Source of the DNA: Saprolegnia diclina VS20
Taxonomy: Eukaryota
DNA: 33,943 nt
Assembly: GCF_000281045.1 (NCBI RefSeq)
Contig: NW_008246093.1
Location: forward strand, 219,176 to 253,118
Direction: 5' to 3'
Shown here: positions 33,380-33,943 of the stretch, in pieces
Layout of the letters: the number at the start of each line of letters is the position of its first letter
Position numbering within the stretch: position 1 is the stretch's first letter
Made by a program: the position numbers and the translations under genes
Notes under the pieces: model-generated
What the model saw: only the letters and a program-made list of their open reading frames with translations
Told to the model about the DNA's origin: nothing
Database searches by the model: none

Positions 33380-33711
33380 TTTATTTTCTGAATGTTTTTT
33401 GTTGCATTTTTGCGTCGTTTTTGGAAGCAGTTAGTCGCGTGCGTTGGTAGAAGGCGTGGTGCACACGTCGTGGCAGCTCTGCGGTAGATAGAGTGGAAAC
33501 AAACATTTACGAGATACGAGTCGCTACTCATCATTACCGTATGAGTGCTGTGACGCGGGTTCAAACCCTATTAGCAATGGGGTTGCTAAAACCAATACGA
33601 GTTTTGAAGTCCATGCTCAAACGTTGTTTGTTACACAATAGCCGATGATTTAAGGACATTGATGCCAACGCCATGGCTCCAATTCGCACAATCTTATGTT
33701 TTTCCTGGTAG

Positions 33712-33943
33712 GAACGTTTACGTGGTGTACGACGCGCCTGCATCGACATCTCGATGGACGAGACCGTCGGCGCGGGCCAGAAGCTGGAGCAGTTCAACAA
33801 GCGCTCGTACGAGCGCTGGCTCCTGTCGCTGCCAGCAAGGGCGTCGCCGGACGAGCGCCGACGCTCTCGGCGGTGGCGTCGCATTGGATGAAGGTATTGG
33901 CTCTGTGCCAGAAGTTTGCACCGCTTGTCCGCCGAGCATTTGC
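33712..33943 (+). pseudogene. Frameshifted Myb/SANT-like (NAM-associated type) relic, possibly PIF/Harbinger-derived
   Basis: One frame reads RRACIDISMDETVGAGQKLEQFNKRSYERW. After a shift at ~33860 it reads TLSAVASHWMKVLALCQKFAPLVRRAF. This resembles the 'AW..IS.D..VG..QK...FW.RI...RS...L..RW..I...C.KF' pattern of that family. Confidence 0.45.

Noticed and set aside
1..33943. Prokaryotic systems (CRISPR array, operons, defence islands), tRNA or rRNA genes
   Set aside because: No repeat-spacer array or structural RNA signature was seen, and spliceosomal introns throughout show the DNA is eukaryotic.

Overview
Eukaryotic, intron-rich (short ~40-60 nt GT-AG introns) genomic DNA, most likely from an oomycete of the Saprolegniales (inferred from gene families, intron size and Inr/FPR promoter motifs). 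The ORF track fragments most genes, so I rebuilt them by hand across introns. From left to right: (1) two divergent copies of a secreted glutaredoxin (CSYC) carrying RALR right after the signal peptide, the left copy cut by the window edge; (2) a GH18 chitinase-like gene with an N-terminal hydrophobic anchor; (3) a ~1,780 aa intronless multi-pass membrane protein made of two homologous halves; (4) a ~12-intron, bacterial-type putative esterase (GHSSGG) on the minus strand; (5) five co-oriented minus-strand paralogs encoding START-like domain + degenerate FYVE-type zinc finger + low-complexity tail with a shared DLSYLxxY motif; (6) inside that array, on the opposite strand, a PH-RBD-C2-helical-kinase PI3K-like gene whose catalytic motifs are all replaced (pseudokinase); (7) a DAACS/SDF amino-acid symporter with an altered Na-coupling motif; (8) a frameshifted Myb/SANT-like relic at the right edge. 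Two assembly gaps lie at 17377-17809 and 18070-18688. The best candidate for an undescribed system is the PI3K pseudokinase embedded in the START-FYVE array. All family assignments come from motif recognition by eye; no database search was run.
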